64,000 nt of DNA from NCBI GenBank assembly GCA_013115125.1, contig JABANN010000002.1, positions 124,001-188,000 on the forward strand, written 5' to 3'. How positions within the stretch are numbered: position 1 is the stretch's first letter; each line of letters starts with the position of its first letter. The position numbers and the translations under genes were made by a program. Below the pieces are notes generated by a model. It saw only the letters and a list, made by a program, of their open reading frames with translations. It was not told the DNA's origin and did no database searches. This document shows positions 1 through 13,912 of the stretch, in pieces. The stretch is from Perkinsus olseni. Taxonomy: Eukaryota.

Positions 1-1770
1 CTGTTCAGATCGCATCGATCGCCTGATCGATAACCTCATCGGCAGGGGTCCGGCGGCCCTGCAGTACCCACTACTCCAGCTGTTTGCCCTGAAGCTGTTA
101 GCTCTCCTAGAGCGCTACGAGCCCATTTACGTCAAGGGCCTGGCGGAAGTTGTCGTGTCGGATGCCCTCAAGCGAGGGGCCAGCGGCGAGGCGATTCCCG
201 ATGCCGCCGTCAACGAGGACGAGGAGGACCACGAGGAGTCCTCAACGATACTAGTGCGAGTTCCTAAACACTATGAGAACTACGACAACTTCGTCTTGGC
301 GTTCGCCTACCATTTGAAGATGGATCATAACGATGCCATCAAGAGCGATTCGCTGGACACCCTCGTGGAGGAGATCACCACCAGCCCGGAGCGACTACGT
401 CGACTGACGATGGCTGCCCTGGTATGTGCTGATAAGCTCGGTGTTGGTGATAGGGAGATCATGCAGGAGGCCCTGGCTACTACCCTTCAGGTGAGGGCCC
501 GGTGAGCCGAATCATGGGAAGAGTAATTCGGAATTACTAATTCCGGAGCGGCCGTGCTGGCCGGTTTCTATGCTCGATAGTAGTGTTGCTAAGGTGGAGT
601 CAGAAACTCAGAGCTTGAACGCCCTCGTCGAGCTGGCTGAAGCGGCCTCTTCAGTGATCTCAGACTCGACGCGTACTCTTACTGTCGATTCTATTACGCT
701 AATCGCTTCATTTTCACACTTACTTGCGAAGCCTTCCCTTTGCATTGTTGCACCTGGTTTAGATAGTGCCCGTTTCAGGATACCCCGACCAAGGCTTTGA
801 TCAACATCGCCGTCAAGCCCACCGCCGCTACTAAGCTTGCGGGCACTGAGGAGGAACAGGAGGCTGGAGCGTTCTCAAGAGGTGATCGAGCCGACGGCCA
901 TTTCTAACGTCTCGAACTCTTCCTTGCAGAGCTGTTGCTGGACCATGCCATCGGTATCCTCAACGAGAGGGCAGCCACTCTAGACGACCCAATGATGGCT
1001 GTTGATGTGCTGGACCTCTGGTCGCAGTATCCTGATCGGATTCCTGATGACGATGTTTGTGAGAGGTCGCGGAGCGGAAATGGGCGGCCACTTTGGCCGT
1101 TGTCAGTGCACAGCGTGGTGTCCCTCGCTATGAGCCCTCAAGCGATGTCAGTCCGGTATATGAAGATGATTCAGTGTGTTGCTGATATTGGTATCACCAG
1201 AATCGACAGCAGCGCTCATGGGCGAAAACAGGTAGGGTGTACTTCACTTCTACGGGAACGCTCTCCAGGGAGCTCGAGTTCGATAGGGAAATCACTAAAA
1301 CCGGTATACCTCAGCACATACTGCGCGTTTGAGTATGGTATTCATCAAGTATTTACGAACGAGTCTGTTGCTATCAGCCAATCAATCGATCGGCCGTTTC
1401 ACCCATCCGAGGACGCGGGGTTTCAGTGATTTGCGCGTCGGATTGGAACACCCTGCCTGGCTACGGATTTGAATGGAGCTGTCTCGCGGCTCCTTGTCAG
1501 ATTGCGGCCACGCTCTACGCATGGCTGTTGAAGTCCAACAAGCAGTTCAAGAAGGTCCACTTTGGCGTCTTGGCCCACACGCTGGCAAGCACCGCAAAAA
1601 TACACCGCGACTTAGGTGAACCTCGTCTGTTAGTCCTAGTTGTCCGCGAACAGCGCGTGATCTCAGAGGGCGGCCTTCAGCTGGACGCTTGGGCACACAC
1701 CGCTGCACTGCTGGACACCGAAGTTGCCAATGGAGCTTTGGAAGAGGCCGACAACGCCCCTCATCTGTGA
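1..1770 (+). CDS. 3' part of a multi-exon hypothetical protein gene (5' end outside window)
   Basis: Frame is open from position 2 to a cag|gtgagg donor at 491. Further exon-like blocks at ~594-680, ~780-880 and ~930-1050 (ccttgcag acceptor). Last ORF ends at TGA 1770. No family recognised. Confidence 0.5.
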
Positions 1771-2614
1771 GCCAATTGAGTCAGTCTGTGGAGCTGTGAG
1801 TTCGTTCCAGCTTCGTAGCCATCTACTCTCGCTGTTTTTGCAGCCGTTTGATGATGCTACGTAACTTGGTCTTTGTAATTGACCATGCGACATTTTCTCG
1901 AAGCTTATCGCGGCTTTACACCCTCTGTCTTCCAGTATGAGCGTGCACTGCTTTCAGTGGTATCGTCGTGCCAAGTGATGGTACTCTCAGATACCGGGTC
2001 AAAGATTGGTGGCAATGTGTACAATCTGACGTTGGCGAGACCACGAGGGTCCTCATCCGACTAGCCCATCCGAAGATGGCTGATCTCCTGGACAATCTTG
2101 TGAGACATTCATAGTGTCCCCCCAGTCGGGTTCATGATGGCCCCTTCCCTTAGGCGGCGGAGGACGTTCCTCGAGCATGAAAAAGAATACCGAGTGTTAC
2201 TGTGTTTCTGAATTTTTCATGCGAATTTGTGTCAGTCAATGGCCTTTACTGTGAACCGAAAAACCTTCCCTCTCAGGGGCTCAAACGTGATAAGATGGAG
2301 AGTAAATAATCGGACACATCCTAGGTAACCCGTAGTCTACGGGCCGTAGGTCCGTGACGGGTCCCACTACCGATATCGTCAATGATTGTGCCAGCCTTCC
2401 ACTGATAGACAGAAGTTAGCTTTCCGAGCCTTCTTCAATTGAGAGGACCTTGGGACAGCCCAGAGCAACTCTTTGGTTGTTGGGTATGAGTGAAACCGGG
2501 ACGGAGGGGGACAAGATTTGTGTGCTAACGACACTGGCTAGATCACTGGACATGACGAGTGCAGCTTCTCATACTACTGGTCTTCTTCGAGTTGCAACAT
2601 TCCACATCATTTCT

Positions 2615-2800
2615 CGTGCAAGTTTGACAAGTGAACAGGTAAGAATGACAATGTCACAAGCAAGTTTGACAGATGTCAAATTTGTTAACACCAAGAATGC
2701 CAATGTCGATTCCAAGTTTGACAAGGACAAAAATAGCACATGCAAGAATGACAGTATCACAGTCAAGTTTGACAATACACGGGCAAGATTGACAAGTGCC
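2615..2800. repeat. diverged tandem repeat built on CAAGTTTGACA
   Basis: CAAGTTTGACA at ~2618, 2661, 2713 and 2764, plus CAAGATTGACA at ~2784 and CAAGAATGACA-like variants. Confidence 0.6.
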
Positions 2801-3409
2801 AATCCAAGCTAGACAGCGAGTCGATGAAAGCCCAGACTCAAACAAAAGAGCTCATCTTGAGAAATCACACATATTCACTGGCTAACGCACGGAAGAAACT
2901 CACCGTACATAAACTCGGCTCGGCCGATACTATACGACTCGGCACTGTACGGAGATTCCGTAGCGGAATTCGTGCAGTTCGGATTATGGCGGCGAGACAG
3001 CGGGTTATGGCAGTTCGGGTCCGTACTACGGACTCGCAGTGCACCATATCTGGAAACTGTTCAGACCAGAATTGTACGAATGTAATATCTACGAGTTGTC
3101 GCTATGCAGAACGATCCGCACCGGAGCATTCACGCCGCCTATTGTAGTTATAAATGCTGGGTAACCCTTGGGTTCTGCGGTTCGGAACTGCAGAACTCGA
3201 TGCCATGTTTGTCTCAAAAGGGTAGAAAAAACCTCAACTCTCACCATATCTTGTAGCATCAGCTACTTTCCTTTACGGAATCAAGTTCGAACTTTCAACG
3301 AATGAAATGAAAGACAGCGTGTCACCAGTGGTGGCTTATGTGTAAAAAGTACCTTCGAACTCCTGAGAAGCATGAGAACCAGCAAACTGTTCTACTCTTC
3401 ATCGAGGAG

Positions 3410-3520
3410 CTTACTCCGTAACTATTATCATTCGTGGTGTAGACGAGGATTCGTCCAGTTTTGGTATCCTCTCTGATAGCCAGCCCCGATTGATCACCGA
3501 TATTATACCTGTCATGATTA
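3410..3520 (-). pseudogene. isolated inverted exon fragment of the phytase-like family
   Basis: Translates HDRYNIGDQSGLAIREDTKTGRILVYTTNDNSYG, homologous to the exons at ~5965-6070 and ~10970-11075. Confidence 0.6.
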
Positions 3521-4415
3521 TTGAGTAACGACGACCAGGAGCAATGAGCGACTAAAAGTGGTTCAAACTCACTTTGGCAAAGTGAATTTGGCTGGAAGGG
3601 TTGACGTTGGAGCCCAACGGTTGGATCATTGATTCCCATACTGGTGCAGATCGCACAGGTCAGAGAAGAGCCACTCACTGTTCACGCTCCCAACCTCTGC
3701 ATCATGAGAATTTTGGGGTTGCAATGCTACGTAGGACGATCCGCGTGAGCGAAATTACCACGGAGAGCCTACAGTATGAGCGCACAAGAGAAACTTGGGC
3801 GTGCCAAAAATAATTTCTGCGGAATTACAAGAGTCGCGGTGTTTCAACAAAGTTCGACGCTAGAGCTAGCCAGGGGCTAGCAATAGGTAGTACCTATTAG
3901 GTACAGCCATAAAGGTTATGGCTGTCTTAAATTATGACCGTTATGACTCCTAATGGTGGACGCGAGCTTAACCCAGCCCTCCGCTCCCTAGATGTGGAGG
4001 TAGGATACGAGAGACTGCTGACTCGACCCGGACCGGGTATGGAGTCGGGCAGAATTGTCTCTTTTTCTGTCTCTCCGTGCGGCCGTCGTATATGCCCTAG
4101 ATTACGCGTGTGAACACAGTATTGGCTGCGTCCAATGGGCTACGGTCTTCATGTTCTATGTACCACCCCTTACAATCATCTTTGTCGTTTCATGACCCCG
4201 GAAAGGGTGTGATATCGTCTCATTTCTGTGACCGGTGCCGCAAGTTCACACGTGAACGAGTTGGCCCGCACAAGGTGACGCGATCGATTAAATCGATTCG
4301 ATTTTGCTAAGCGTAAAAACAGGCCAAACTCTAGAGATTATTCTTTCTTTGGCACACATCAGCTAAAAGCGTCGAGTAGCACATCAAGTTTGCTCAGATC
4401 TGGAGTGCATTTATC

Positions 4416-6583
4416 ATGTTCACCTCTGCTTTCTTGGTAACCCTACTTGGTATTGTCACCGGTCAGGGAACTGTTGTGAAGATAGAACAGTCGAACCTGC
4501 CGCTCCGAAATGACAGCATGCAAACGAGACTCCGCTCTAGCATTGGTGAGTTGGATGGATGGTAACCCTGTTGTCACCTCGTGTCTCCTCAGGCACTCTA
4601 GAGCATGTTCAGACACTCCAACTTGTCGGTGTCGGCCGCGGTAGTCGTTTCTTTCGTTCCATGAGTTCGTTGGTTGTGACAGCAAACGGTTCGCAGATAC
4701 TCTTCCTCAGCAGTAATGGGTGAGTCTGGGCTGATGAAAGGTTTTCGGCCTTCAGGCTAGGGTATGTACTTGATTCTTTCTTGTTGCTAGACGATTCGTC
4801 GACCTGAAGATTCAGCTGATGCTCGATGGCACGTTTGATGTGCTGGAAGGATCCGTCTTCACGCTTCGTGATACAGAAGGCTACACCAAAATCTTCCCAG
4901 CGGAAGGACTGGCTATCGAAGGCGTCTATCAAGGCGGTGGGAAAGGAAACTTCTTCGTCAGCTCTTTGGATGGGGAAGTGTATAGGTGAGAAGATTATAC
5001 CTCAGACTGCTGTGGAGTCAATCCACTTGACCACCTGAGGCCAAGGGGACCTTTTCCCGCTCCCATTGGTGAGTTCAGATTGCCGGAAGGTATCCAAGCG
5101 CCAAATATGGTTGACCTCGGCTTGACCGATGTATTCGCTGACTGTTTCGACGATTCGGGGACGGAAGCTATACTACGTACCAACCTGCTACTTTGGCTGA
5201 TGAATTGGACCGTGCATTGTGGTTATCCCCAATTCTTAGGTCCACGCAATAAAAGCGACTTCTCCCTGCTTATGTTCTGCCGCAATGCTATGTCCTTGGC
5301 TCCAACGTCGACTCCAGGGAAGAAGGTGTTCATCGGCTTCGCCTATGATGAAGACAAAAACATAGCCAAGCGCTTTTACGTCGAGGTAAGGCGTAACAGA
5401 CCCCGCCAGATGAGGGACTCGCGTGAGAGGAGCAGTCGCTGCTTCAGTCCACCGGACCTCCGAGGAGAGGCAATTTACACATCACGGATATTGCAGAGCT
5501 CAGCAATGGTGATATTATGATACTCTTCTCAGAGTGGGTTGTTGAATGACCTCGATTTGTCTTGCACTTATGGTTCGTTGCTCGATTAGGTTCTATGAGG
5601 ATATCATGACAATTGGTTATGTGAGGAGGAGGGCTTTGAGTCGAGCTGCGAGCCGAGGAAGAACAGTGAGGCCAGTATCTATAGCTAATATCTCTCGGAG
5701 CGAAGGGTAAGTGATACTCGCTTCGAAGATAGCTCACCATGCGATGCTCTGGTTGTCCTAACCAGAAAACCTAGATGCCCATGTGTGATTCCCATGGAAT
5801 GTCGGCTACGGTCGGTGTTGTTTTCTGGACTGACAGTCCAGACTGTGACGCCCAGTCTGTGGGTTGCTGTCCTCTTTACAGTGTCGCTCTTGCACTGAGA
5901 ATGGTCAACTTCGCGACTTTCCCCAACTCGCTTCTCGCTATTGTGCATAATGGTTCGTTGGCACCATTACGGCAGATACAATATCGGTGAAGAGCTCGGA
6001 TTGGCCGTCCGAGAGGATCCCAGAACCAATCAAACCTTCGTGTACATAGTTAATGATAACCTTTTCGGGGTAAGTCTCTCTTCGAGGATGATGATGATGA
6101 TGGTGACGGCAGTTCAGTTTACTGTTATACTTTTCAGGAGGCGGGTGTGACCCTCCTGTCCACTTTCTTGTGGACAGCGGGACGTTGACGCAGACAACTC
6201 CATTGTTGTTCGGCCTGGTGGTCGCCATTGAATACACCTGTAGCAGCCCTTGCCATTGATTTCACCATCGACCGACCAGGGGGGCATCCTCTCAACCCAT
6301 CAATATGACCCTGAGATGATGTTACTGTCGATGAACGTTCAGGTCGGGGGACTCTTTTACTTCTCAGTAGCAGCCAGTGCTACTGCTTCGACCGATAAAC
6401 GTTCAGGTCGGGAGACTTTTTTTATTCTCAGTAGCAGCCAGTGCTACTGCTTTTGCTGATATACGTTTGCCAGCGGCGCCCAGTCGACTCGGTATACGGG
6501 TCTCAGAGGGCCTCGAGATGTTGATGTGCCGCTTCTGTTTGTTATCACTATTCAACCTAGCGCTGAAACCTCGATGGAAATAA
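4416..6583 (+). CDS. secreted phytase-like (esterase-like activity of phytase) beta-propeller protein, copy 1, multi-exon; 3' end approximate
   Basis: Signal-peptide-like start MFTSAFLVTLLGIVTG. Spliced exons give MSSLVVTANGSQILFLSSNG, AEGLAIEG..GNFFVSS and GLAVREDPRTNQTFVYIVNDNLF, resembling the bacterial LSGL..SD.G / EGLA..FVS / EGL..VSDDNF motifs. Confidence 0.55.
6333..6452 (+). repeat. ~64-bp direct tandem duplication
   Basis: aacgttcaggtcggg...ttctcagtagcagccagtgctactgctt occurs twice here but once in the paralog at ~11330. Confidence 0.8.
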
Positions 6584-7914
6584 GTCCATTTTCGGGCTTC
6601 CTTACACTGAAAGAATTGTGTTTGGTTCGTAAACTGGTCTTTTTAAATTCGTTAGGAATTCGGGCCACGACGGTGGTGCCATGATAGCACTGATATCCTC
6701 TAGGCCATGCGCAGTGTAAGTTAGAATTCGAGCCAGCAGTATAATCACCACACAGCTACTGCACTTACATACTTGCGGCACTGCACCAAACCTATTTCCT
6801 AATCCTATGGGCGCTTTTTCCCGTTCTACGCGCGCGCTGCAATGCAGCGGCTGCATCACAGCCTGTGATGCAGCCGCTGCATTCCGGCGCGCCTGTGATT
6901 CACAGGACTATGTTGAGATCAACAGCCGATAATCAACTGTTGATCCATAGGATACAATCTCCGACAATTCGTGACCCCTGCAGGTAATTCACCGAGCGCA
7001 TCACTGTAGGGCCTACAGTGTAGGCCTTTGTGGCTTCAAATTGAAACTTTCATATGTAGGTCTAGCTGCTGGACTGTAGCCTATCATCATCGTAGAGCAT
7101 GGAAATGATACGCTAGAGTGTTTGACACTCCTGTCACAGGAGTCCTGTGATTCACAGTGTTTCAGGCGCTTGAATCACTGTAGTCTACAATCTGTAGGGA
7201 AACTTCGGGAATAATTCTATTATCAATTGTAGAACCTCCAAGTAATGTAAGCTTTCAAGTTTCAGTAGTTCTCGCCGAGAATTTCTTGGAGGAACATAGG
7301 TGGTGAAGGTTTCTTACCCAAACATCATGATAGGCTTCCCCTCCGAGACTATGGTTTCTTTCAAGGAATCCAAGCCTATGGATGTCTAAGCCGTGGATAT
7401 CCGAGTCTCATACAGCCTCGTAGACTTCATGTCATAGAGTCTATGACGTCAACTCGTCCTTCCTTCCTTCGCGTTAAAGCGGCGCCCAGAGGACGCTGAC
7501 CACTATCTAGGCCATTATTTCTACTACTAATATGATACTGACCAGAGCTGAACATTTTGGAAGAAACGATTTGCCGTTCCATTGAAAGGGGTTCAGGTGT
7601 AGCTCTTCTTGAGGTGAGCTGTTCGTGCAGATGCAGCTGAGCTAGGCCAGCAGCTCCCCTCAGCAGAGGGGAAGAAAATTTTTTTACCTTTTTTCCCGAA
7701 GCTGGGAAAATTGGGAATTTTCCGCCGTTAATCCCGAAACGGGCAAACCCTGCCAGAGGAATGATTCCTCAGAAATCTCGTATAATACGAGAATACGAGT
7801 CGTATTCTCAGGACCTGAGGCCTTCTGATTACAGACACCCCGATCATCGGGGCCCGATGCAGGGACGGTCCAACCCTCGTCTATCATGAGTGATCGATGG
7901 CCGCCAAGCGTGAT

Positions 7915-8015
7915 GTTAGATACAAATTGGCGAACAACGTGGGCTGGCTATCCTAGAGGATCGCAAAAGCGGACGCATCTTTGTTTACATGGTGAGCGAC
8001 AATTACTAAGGGGTG
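7915..8015 (+). pseudogene. decayed exon fragment of the phytase-like family
   Basis: Translates IGEQRGLAILEDRKSGRIFVYMVSDNY*G, with an in-frame stop and an upstream frameshift. Confidence 0.6.
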
Positions 8016-9413
8016 TGTTTCGCTATGTTCAGCACAGCTTGGTCATCATCATGCCTCTCAGGATATGGATCATAACCTACTATCTACTTACACGAGTGGA
8101 TACCCGCAGGAGCTGAGTACAACTTGTACTCCAAGACTCCAGTTTCCGGTCTTGTAACATAGACGTGCAGCGTAAGACTTGATGAGCAGGCCGCTTTCAC
8201 AAGCAATAATCTCGTTCTTCAACGAGAGACCCACGTCACGCTCGCGTGACGCCTGCCTCATGATCCGGTGCGTATGCGTACACGAGCTTCGTCGTGTACT
8301 CCAAAGTAAATCCCGAGCCTCGAACATGTTGCCAAGCATGCACATCGCCGATGTGACATCGGTGTCGGGGTGACTGGAAATAGACGCGCGGTTGCGTTTC
8401 CGTTACTGCTGCAACATTGCAGCGATACTGCAATGCCACTCGTGCCACAATGCGTCTGTCGCATAGTTGGGAGAGAGAACGTGGGTCAGTTGACGTGGAC
8501 GGTACTCAACAGACACAAAACATGTCGCCACGCCTCGCACGCACTCGCGCCGCTTCTATCAGAAACGAACGGTAAGTAGACAGAAACTTTCTGAAATCTC
8601 TCGTAGAGTAAGTAACCGCAGGGATCTTGCCGAATCTGCACAGCATTGACGAGTTCCTACTAGGATCGGATAGGTGATCCTAGTAGGATCAGCGGCTGGT
8701 AGGAGGTTCGAGACCACCCATTTCATGGGAGAGTGGGGGTGAGAAAGGATTCTGCCAGGCTGACAGGGTCAGCATCCCGCGTAAATTACGCGTGCTAGTC
8801 CTGCCATGACTTGCACGTCACTCCCCAGGGATCTGTTCCTGCGTCTAATGTGCGAAGAAACACCGGAGATATGATAAATATACACGTCGCGTAACATTTT
8901 TTCAAAGGAAGTCGTTATCGGCCGTCAGAGGAATTGGTGACCAGGCCCTGGTCACTGTGACGCCAGTGGCAACTTGTCCTCGCTGTCCCCATGCCCATCT
9001 TTTTCTTGCTTGATGACGTCGCCATCCTGAAGTAAACCGGGGCCAAAGACCGGCCCGAAGAGTACACGGCCAATTCCGGGAGCTGTACTGTTTGACAGTG
9101 TTCCGGTGTTATGGTCAGATTATTGATGGTCTACCGATGTTCAGCACGAATCCCTGAAGATGTTCTATTCTGTGCTCATGTCCTTATGGTTGGCGAGGAC
9201 TCTAGTAAAATGCACGTGTAATCTCAGCGGTGAGGCTGCTGGCTGGATGCACTGCCGAACCTGACAAGCCCTCCTTCGAGAACTGGATTTTCTGGTTAGT
9301 AAAGTATTTCAGCATGAATCATGTCTATATGTGTTGACCACATCAATTCACCCTCTAGGTTGAGCTCTCGCGCCCGAGGTTTACAGGAGTTTGTTTTGAT
9401 CTGTAGTGTCATA

Positions 9414-11513
9414 ATGATGTTCATCTCTCTTTTCTTGGCAGCCCTACTCGGTATAACCACCGGCCAGGGAACTGTTGTTGAAATTGAACAGTCGAGACTA
9501 CCGCTCCGTAATAATAGCCAGGAGAAAATCCTCCGTTCTTCTCTTGGTGAGTGGATGGATCGTAACCCTGTTGTCACCTCGTATCACCCTCAGGCACCCT
9601 GAAGCATGTTCAAACACTGCAACTTGTCGGTGTTGGCGCCAATAGTCGTAATTTTCGTCACTTGTCGTCGTTGGCTGTGACAGCAGACGGTTCCCAGATA
9701 CTCGCCGTCAACGATGATGGGTAAGTCTCGGTGGTGAAAGGCTTTCGGTTCTCATGCTAGCATGTGCTCCCCGCTCTCTCCTGTTGCTAGCCTTTTCATC
9801 GACGTAAAGATCAAGCCGATCTCCGGTGGCGTGTTTGATGTGCTGGGAGCGACCACTTTCCCGATGCGTGATCCAGAAGGCAACATCATACCCTTTAACG
9901 CGCAAGGTTTGGCTGTCGAGGGCATCTATCAAGGCAGAGGTATAGGAAACTTCTTCGTCAGCTCTTTGGCAGACGGGAAAGTGTATAGGTACAGTAGGAG
10001 GATGACAATTCAGACTATACTCGGCCGCCTGAGGGTGGAGCTACCGCTGATGACGTTCAGATTCCCTAATGGTATCCAGTCGCGACAGAGCGTGGACCTC
10101 GGCTTGACCGATGTATTCGGTGACTGCCGATATGATGAGGGGCCGGAAGCTATACTACGTATTAACATGCCATCTCGGCTGATGGGTTGGGCCGTGTGTC
10201 GTTGCTATCCTCAATTTTCAGGTCCAGAAGATAAGAGCGAGTTCTCCCTGCTCATGTTCTGCCGAGTTGCTATGTCCTTGGCTCCAACCTCTGCTCCACG
10301 AAGAGAGGTTTTCATCGGCTTCGCCTATAATGAATTCAAGAACGTTGCCAGGCGCTTTTACGTCGAGGTAACTCAATGATCGAGAGGACCTCAGCGAGGG
10401 GGAGCAGTCGTTTCCTCAGTCCACCAGACGTCCGTGGGCGGGCATCTTACAAATAACGGATATGGCGGAGCTTAGCAATGGCGATATTATGGTACTCTTC
10501 TCAGAGCAGGTTGTTGAATGACCTACGCTCGTCATGCACTTATAGTTCGTTTTTTCGATTAGATTTAAGGAGGATATCATGACAATCGGCTATGTGAGGA
10601 GGAAGGATTTGAGCCGAGCTCTGAGCCAAGGAGAAACAGTGAAGCCAGTATCTATCGCTGATATCTCTCGGAGGGAAAGGTGAGTGATGCTCGCCTCGAA
10701 GATAGCTCACCGCGCGATGCTTTGGTTGTCCTTCTTGTTGTTTTCTAGGGCATGTGCATTCTACTCCCACGGGCCCCATGGGCCCCAATGGAATGCCGGC
10801 TTCGGTTGGTGTTTTTAATAACAACTTGTTAGCTGGACTATCTCAGCGTTTGAATTGCTATCCTCGTAACACTGTTGCTCTTACACTGTAAGACTAACAG
10901 TGAGAATGGCCAACTACGCGACTTTTTCTCACTCGCTTTTCGCTATTGTGCATAATGGTTCGGTGGCACCGTTACGACAGATACAATATCGGTGAAGAGG
11001 TAGGATTGGCTGTCCGAGAGGATCCCAAGAGCGGAAAAACCTTCGTCTACATTGTCAATCACGACTTTTACGGGGTAGGTCTCTGGTCAACGACTATTAC
11101 AGCTAAGCTCACCGTCATACTCTTCAGGAAGCTGGTGTGACCCTCCTGACCACTTTTGAGTGGACGACAGCAAGCCGTTGATGCTGGCAACTCCATCTTT
11201 TTTCTGCGAATTGGTTTACATTCAATACACCTGTAGCAGCCATCGCCACTTATTTCACCGTCGACCGACCAGGACGGGCAGCTTCCCAATCTTTCAATGG
11301 GCCCAGGGATAATGATTTTGCCAATAACCGTTCAGGTTGGGGAACTTTTGTATCTCTCAGTAGCAGTCAGTGCTACTGCTTTTGTCGATATACGTTTACC
11401 AGCGGCGCCCAGTCGACTTGGTATACGGGTCTTAGAGGCCCTGGAAGAAATATTGATGTGCCGGTTCTGTTTATTATCATATTTGAGTTAGCTTTGAAAC
11501 CTAAATGGAAATA
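9414..11513 (+). CDS. secreted phytase-like protein, copy 2 (tandem paralog of 4416-6583); 3' end approximate
   Basis: Colinear nucleotide similarity with copy 1 across exons and introns; MMFISLFLAALLGITTGQGTVVEIEQ..., GLAVEGIYQGRGIGNFFVSS, GLAVREDPKSGKTFVYIVNHDF. Confidence 0.55.
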
Positions 11514-13614
11514 AGTTAATTCTCGGGCCTCTTTACACCGAAAGAATTGTGTTTGATTGTAAGCTGGTCTTTTCAAACTCGGTAGCAATGATGGTGGTGC
11601 TATGATAGCACTGCTATCTTTGAGACCACACAAACGAGTCCTTCGGAATTACTGGGTACGTAAGACTCTGCAACGCGAGTGCCGCTAGAGGACTGATTCC
11701 TCAGAAATCACGTATTCTCAGGACTTAAGGCATTCTGATAGCGAGGGCCCCGGTGCAGGGACGGTCCATCCCTCATCTATCATGAGTGGTCGATGCCCGC
11801 TTCAGTGGTTTCTGAGAACACTCGATCATCGATACTATGGGGAGTCACGATCTACTACTAGTAGACTACTAGGACAGCTTGTGTCTTATCTACGGAACAT
11901 ATCAGATAATGGGACACAGCCGCATGACTCATGCGGGTATTTTCTACAATCTGAGTGTAGAAAAGTGTGTAGTCTCCTTTCTGCCTCATGCGGCATGAGG
12001 CACTCTTCGAAGTCAGAGATCTACCATCAACAGTTCACACTCCCAACCTCTGAGAGTGTGGCAACTCGAACGCGCGAATTGCTAATTGTCGAATTGGCTA
12101 TGCCCACCGCATTACGTGATTCGTACAATGACACAACGATGGTTCATTCCGTCTTGCAAGGCAACGTTAGCGTCCACAATAAAGATTGCGCGACTAGACA
12201 AGAGTTTTGTCACGGAACTGTCGTGCACAGGCTGTGCAGAACACCACTCGTGCTCAATCGTGCCACAAGTTGTGGCCCACAACCGTGCTCCAGGCGATGG
12301 CTACCTTAACTTAAGGTCCTTAAGTTGATCGATCCCCCACTATCGACATCGATCCCTAGTCCTGGAATCCTAGGGTGAAATCCTTCCGTGCTGCTTATGA
12401 GCATGATGTTGCCAACAATTTGGCCCAACATGCTGCTGATAATATTAATCAGTGTATCACCAGAGCTGGTCTATCATCGGCAGGGACTCCCTGCCAGGGA
12501 GGGACGAGTCGATTCCGATGATTTTCTGGCGGGTGGTGTATGACGAGGTAGGGTCAGCACGCGTACTCCGAGTAGCTGTGGGACACTCAGCGGCTGAGTG
12601 CTAGCCCGAGTGTCACATCAGGCTGAGTGCCTGAGTCATTCGGATCCTTGTCCGACTTGGGGACCGAATTTCTGGTCAAACCTTGGGAATAATGATCAAC
12701 CATCACTCTAGCACTACCAAGTCAGTACCAAGCCTCATACTGGAGTTGTCAGGGGCAACTGGTCACCGAAGGACCGCGCTCCAGCGGCTAGAGTCCAGCC
12801 CCAAGCGTCTTGACTCGAGACGCTATAATCAGATCGCACTCACCCTGTCACCGTGACGTGACAGTGTGACGTCACTAAACCGCTAGCCCTGTCCCGTTCA
12901 CGTATTTACTTGGAACCTCATTTCATTGTGTTATGATTTTCTTGTCTTCTCGACAAGTGAGATGACCATCTCAAAGCCCGCGTGACAGCGCTACCTTAAG
13001 ACAAATTTGGGCCATTTCCTTGAAGATTCACAAGCTCAAGCGCCATTCCAGCCAAGCAACATGCGCCATGGCTATGTGCTCGCGTACCACAATCAGCTCT
13101 TTCAGCTCCGGAAGGGTCCCGAATATTATCCGATTACAGCGGAACTAGACAACTTTCCTCGCCGACGATCCCCCGGCTACTGCTCTCGGCTGACTTGAGG
13201 CTCAAAAATCGAGGTTGGCCTCTTCTGTGTCGGATTTTCGGGCTGACCAGGTTACCCTCGCCCTGGCGCCAAGCCCCTGAATTTTTGTCCAGCTCATATC
13301 TTCGCTCACCGAAGACTGGGCAACACCATCTTCTCTTCCTCCGCGAAGTGAGACACAAGATCATTCAGAAGTCCCTGACAGGGACCTCTCTGAGACTAGG
13401 CATTTCTGAGATCTGCGTCAGCCCATTAAAGGCCCACCCGCTCTTCCGACACCCCAGATCTGGGGTCCCCAGTGACGCGAAGTGTGCTATGGCTATGTGC
13501 TCGCGTACTCCAGTGAGCACAGCTAATTAGCTAGCCTATTCAACTAGTGACGTCATTCCTGTTGGATTATCGCGGGATATACTATCTGACAGATGACCTC
13601 ACAAATTTCCGATC

Positions 13615-13912
13615 TGTGTCCAGTCTTCTGCCCGCCCGTTAACGTTATGGTCAGTTCCCTGGTCGCCCTCTAATGTTGTGTCCAGTCTCTTGGCCGCCCT
13701 CTAATGTTGTGATCAGTTCCCGGGTTACCCCGTAACGTTGTGGTCAGTTCCCTGGTCGCCCTCTAACGTTGTGGTCAGTTCCCTGGTCGTCCTCTAATGT
13801 TGTGGTCAGTTCCCTGGTTACTCCTTAACGTTGTGGTCAGTTCCCTGGTCGCCCTCTAATGTTGTGGTCAGTTCCCTGGTCGCCCTCTAACGTTGTGGTC
13901 AGTTCCCTGGTC
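13615..13912. repeat. 31-bp minisatellite, about 9 copies
   Basis: Unit aacgttgtggtcagttccctggtcgccctct starts at 13641, 13672, 13703, 13734, 13765, 13796, 13827, 13858 and 13889; no spacers. Confidence 0.95.

Noticed and set aside
4731-4756. Hammerhead-like CTGATGA plus stem
   Set aside because: No GAAA after the stem, and not conserved in the paralogous intron
13615-13912. CRISPR array
   Set aside because: Contiguous units with no unique spacers, no cas genes, eukaryotic context
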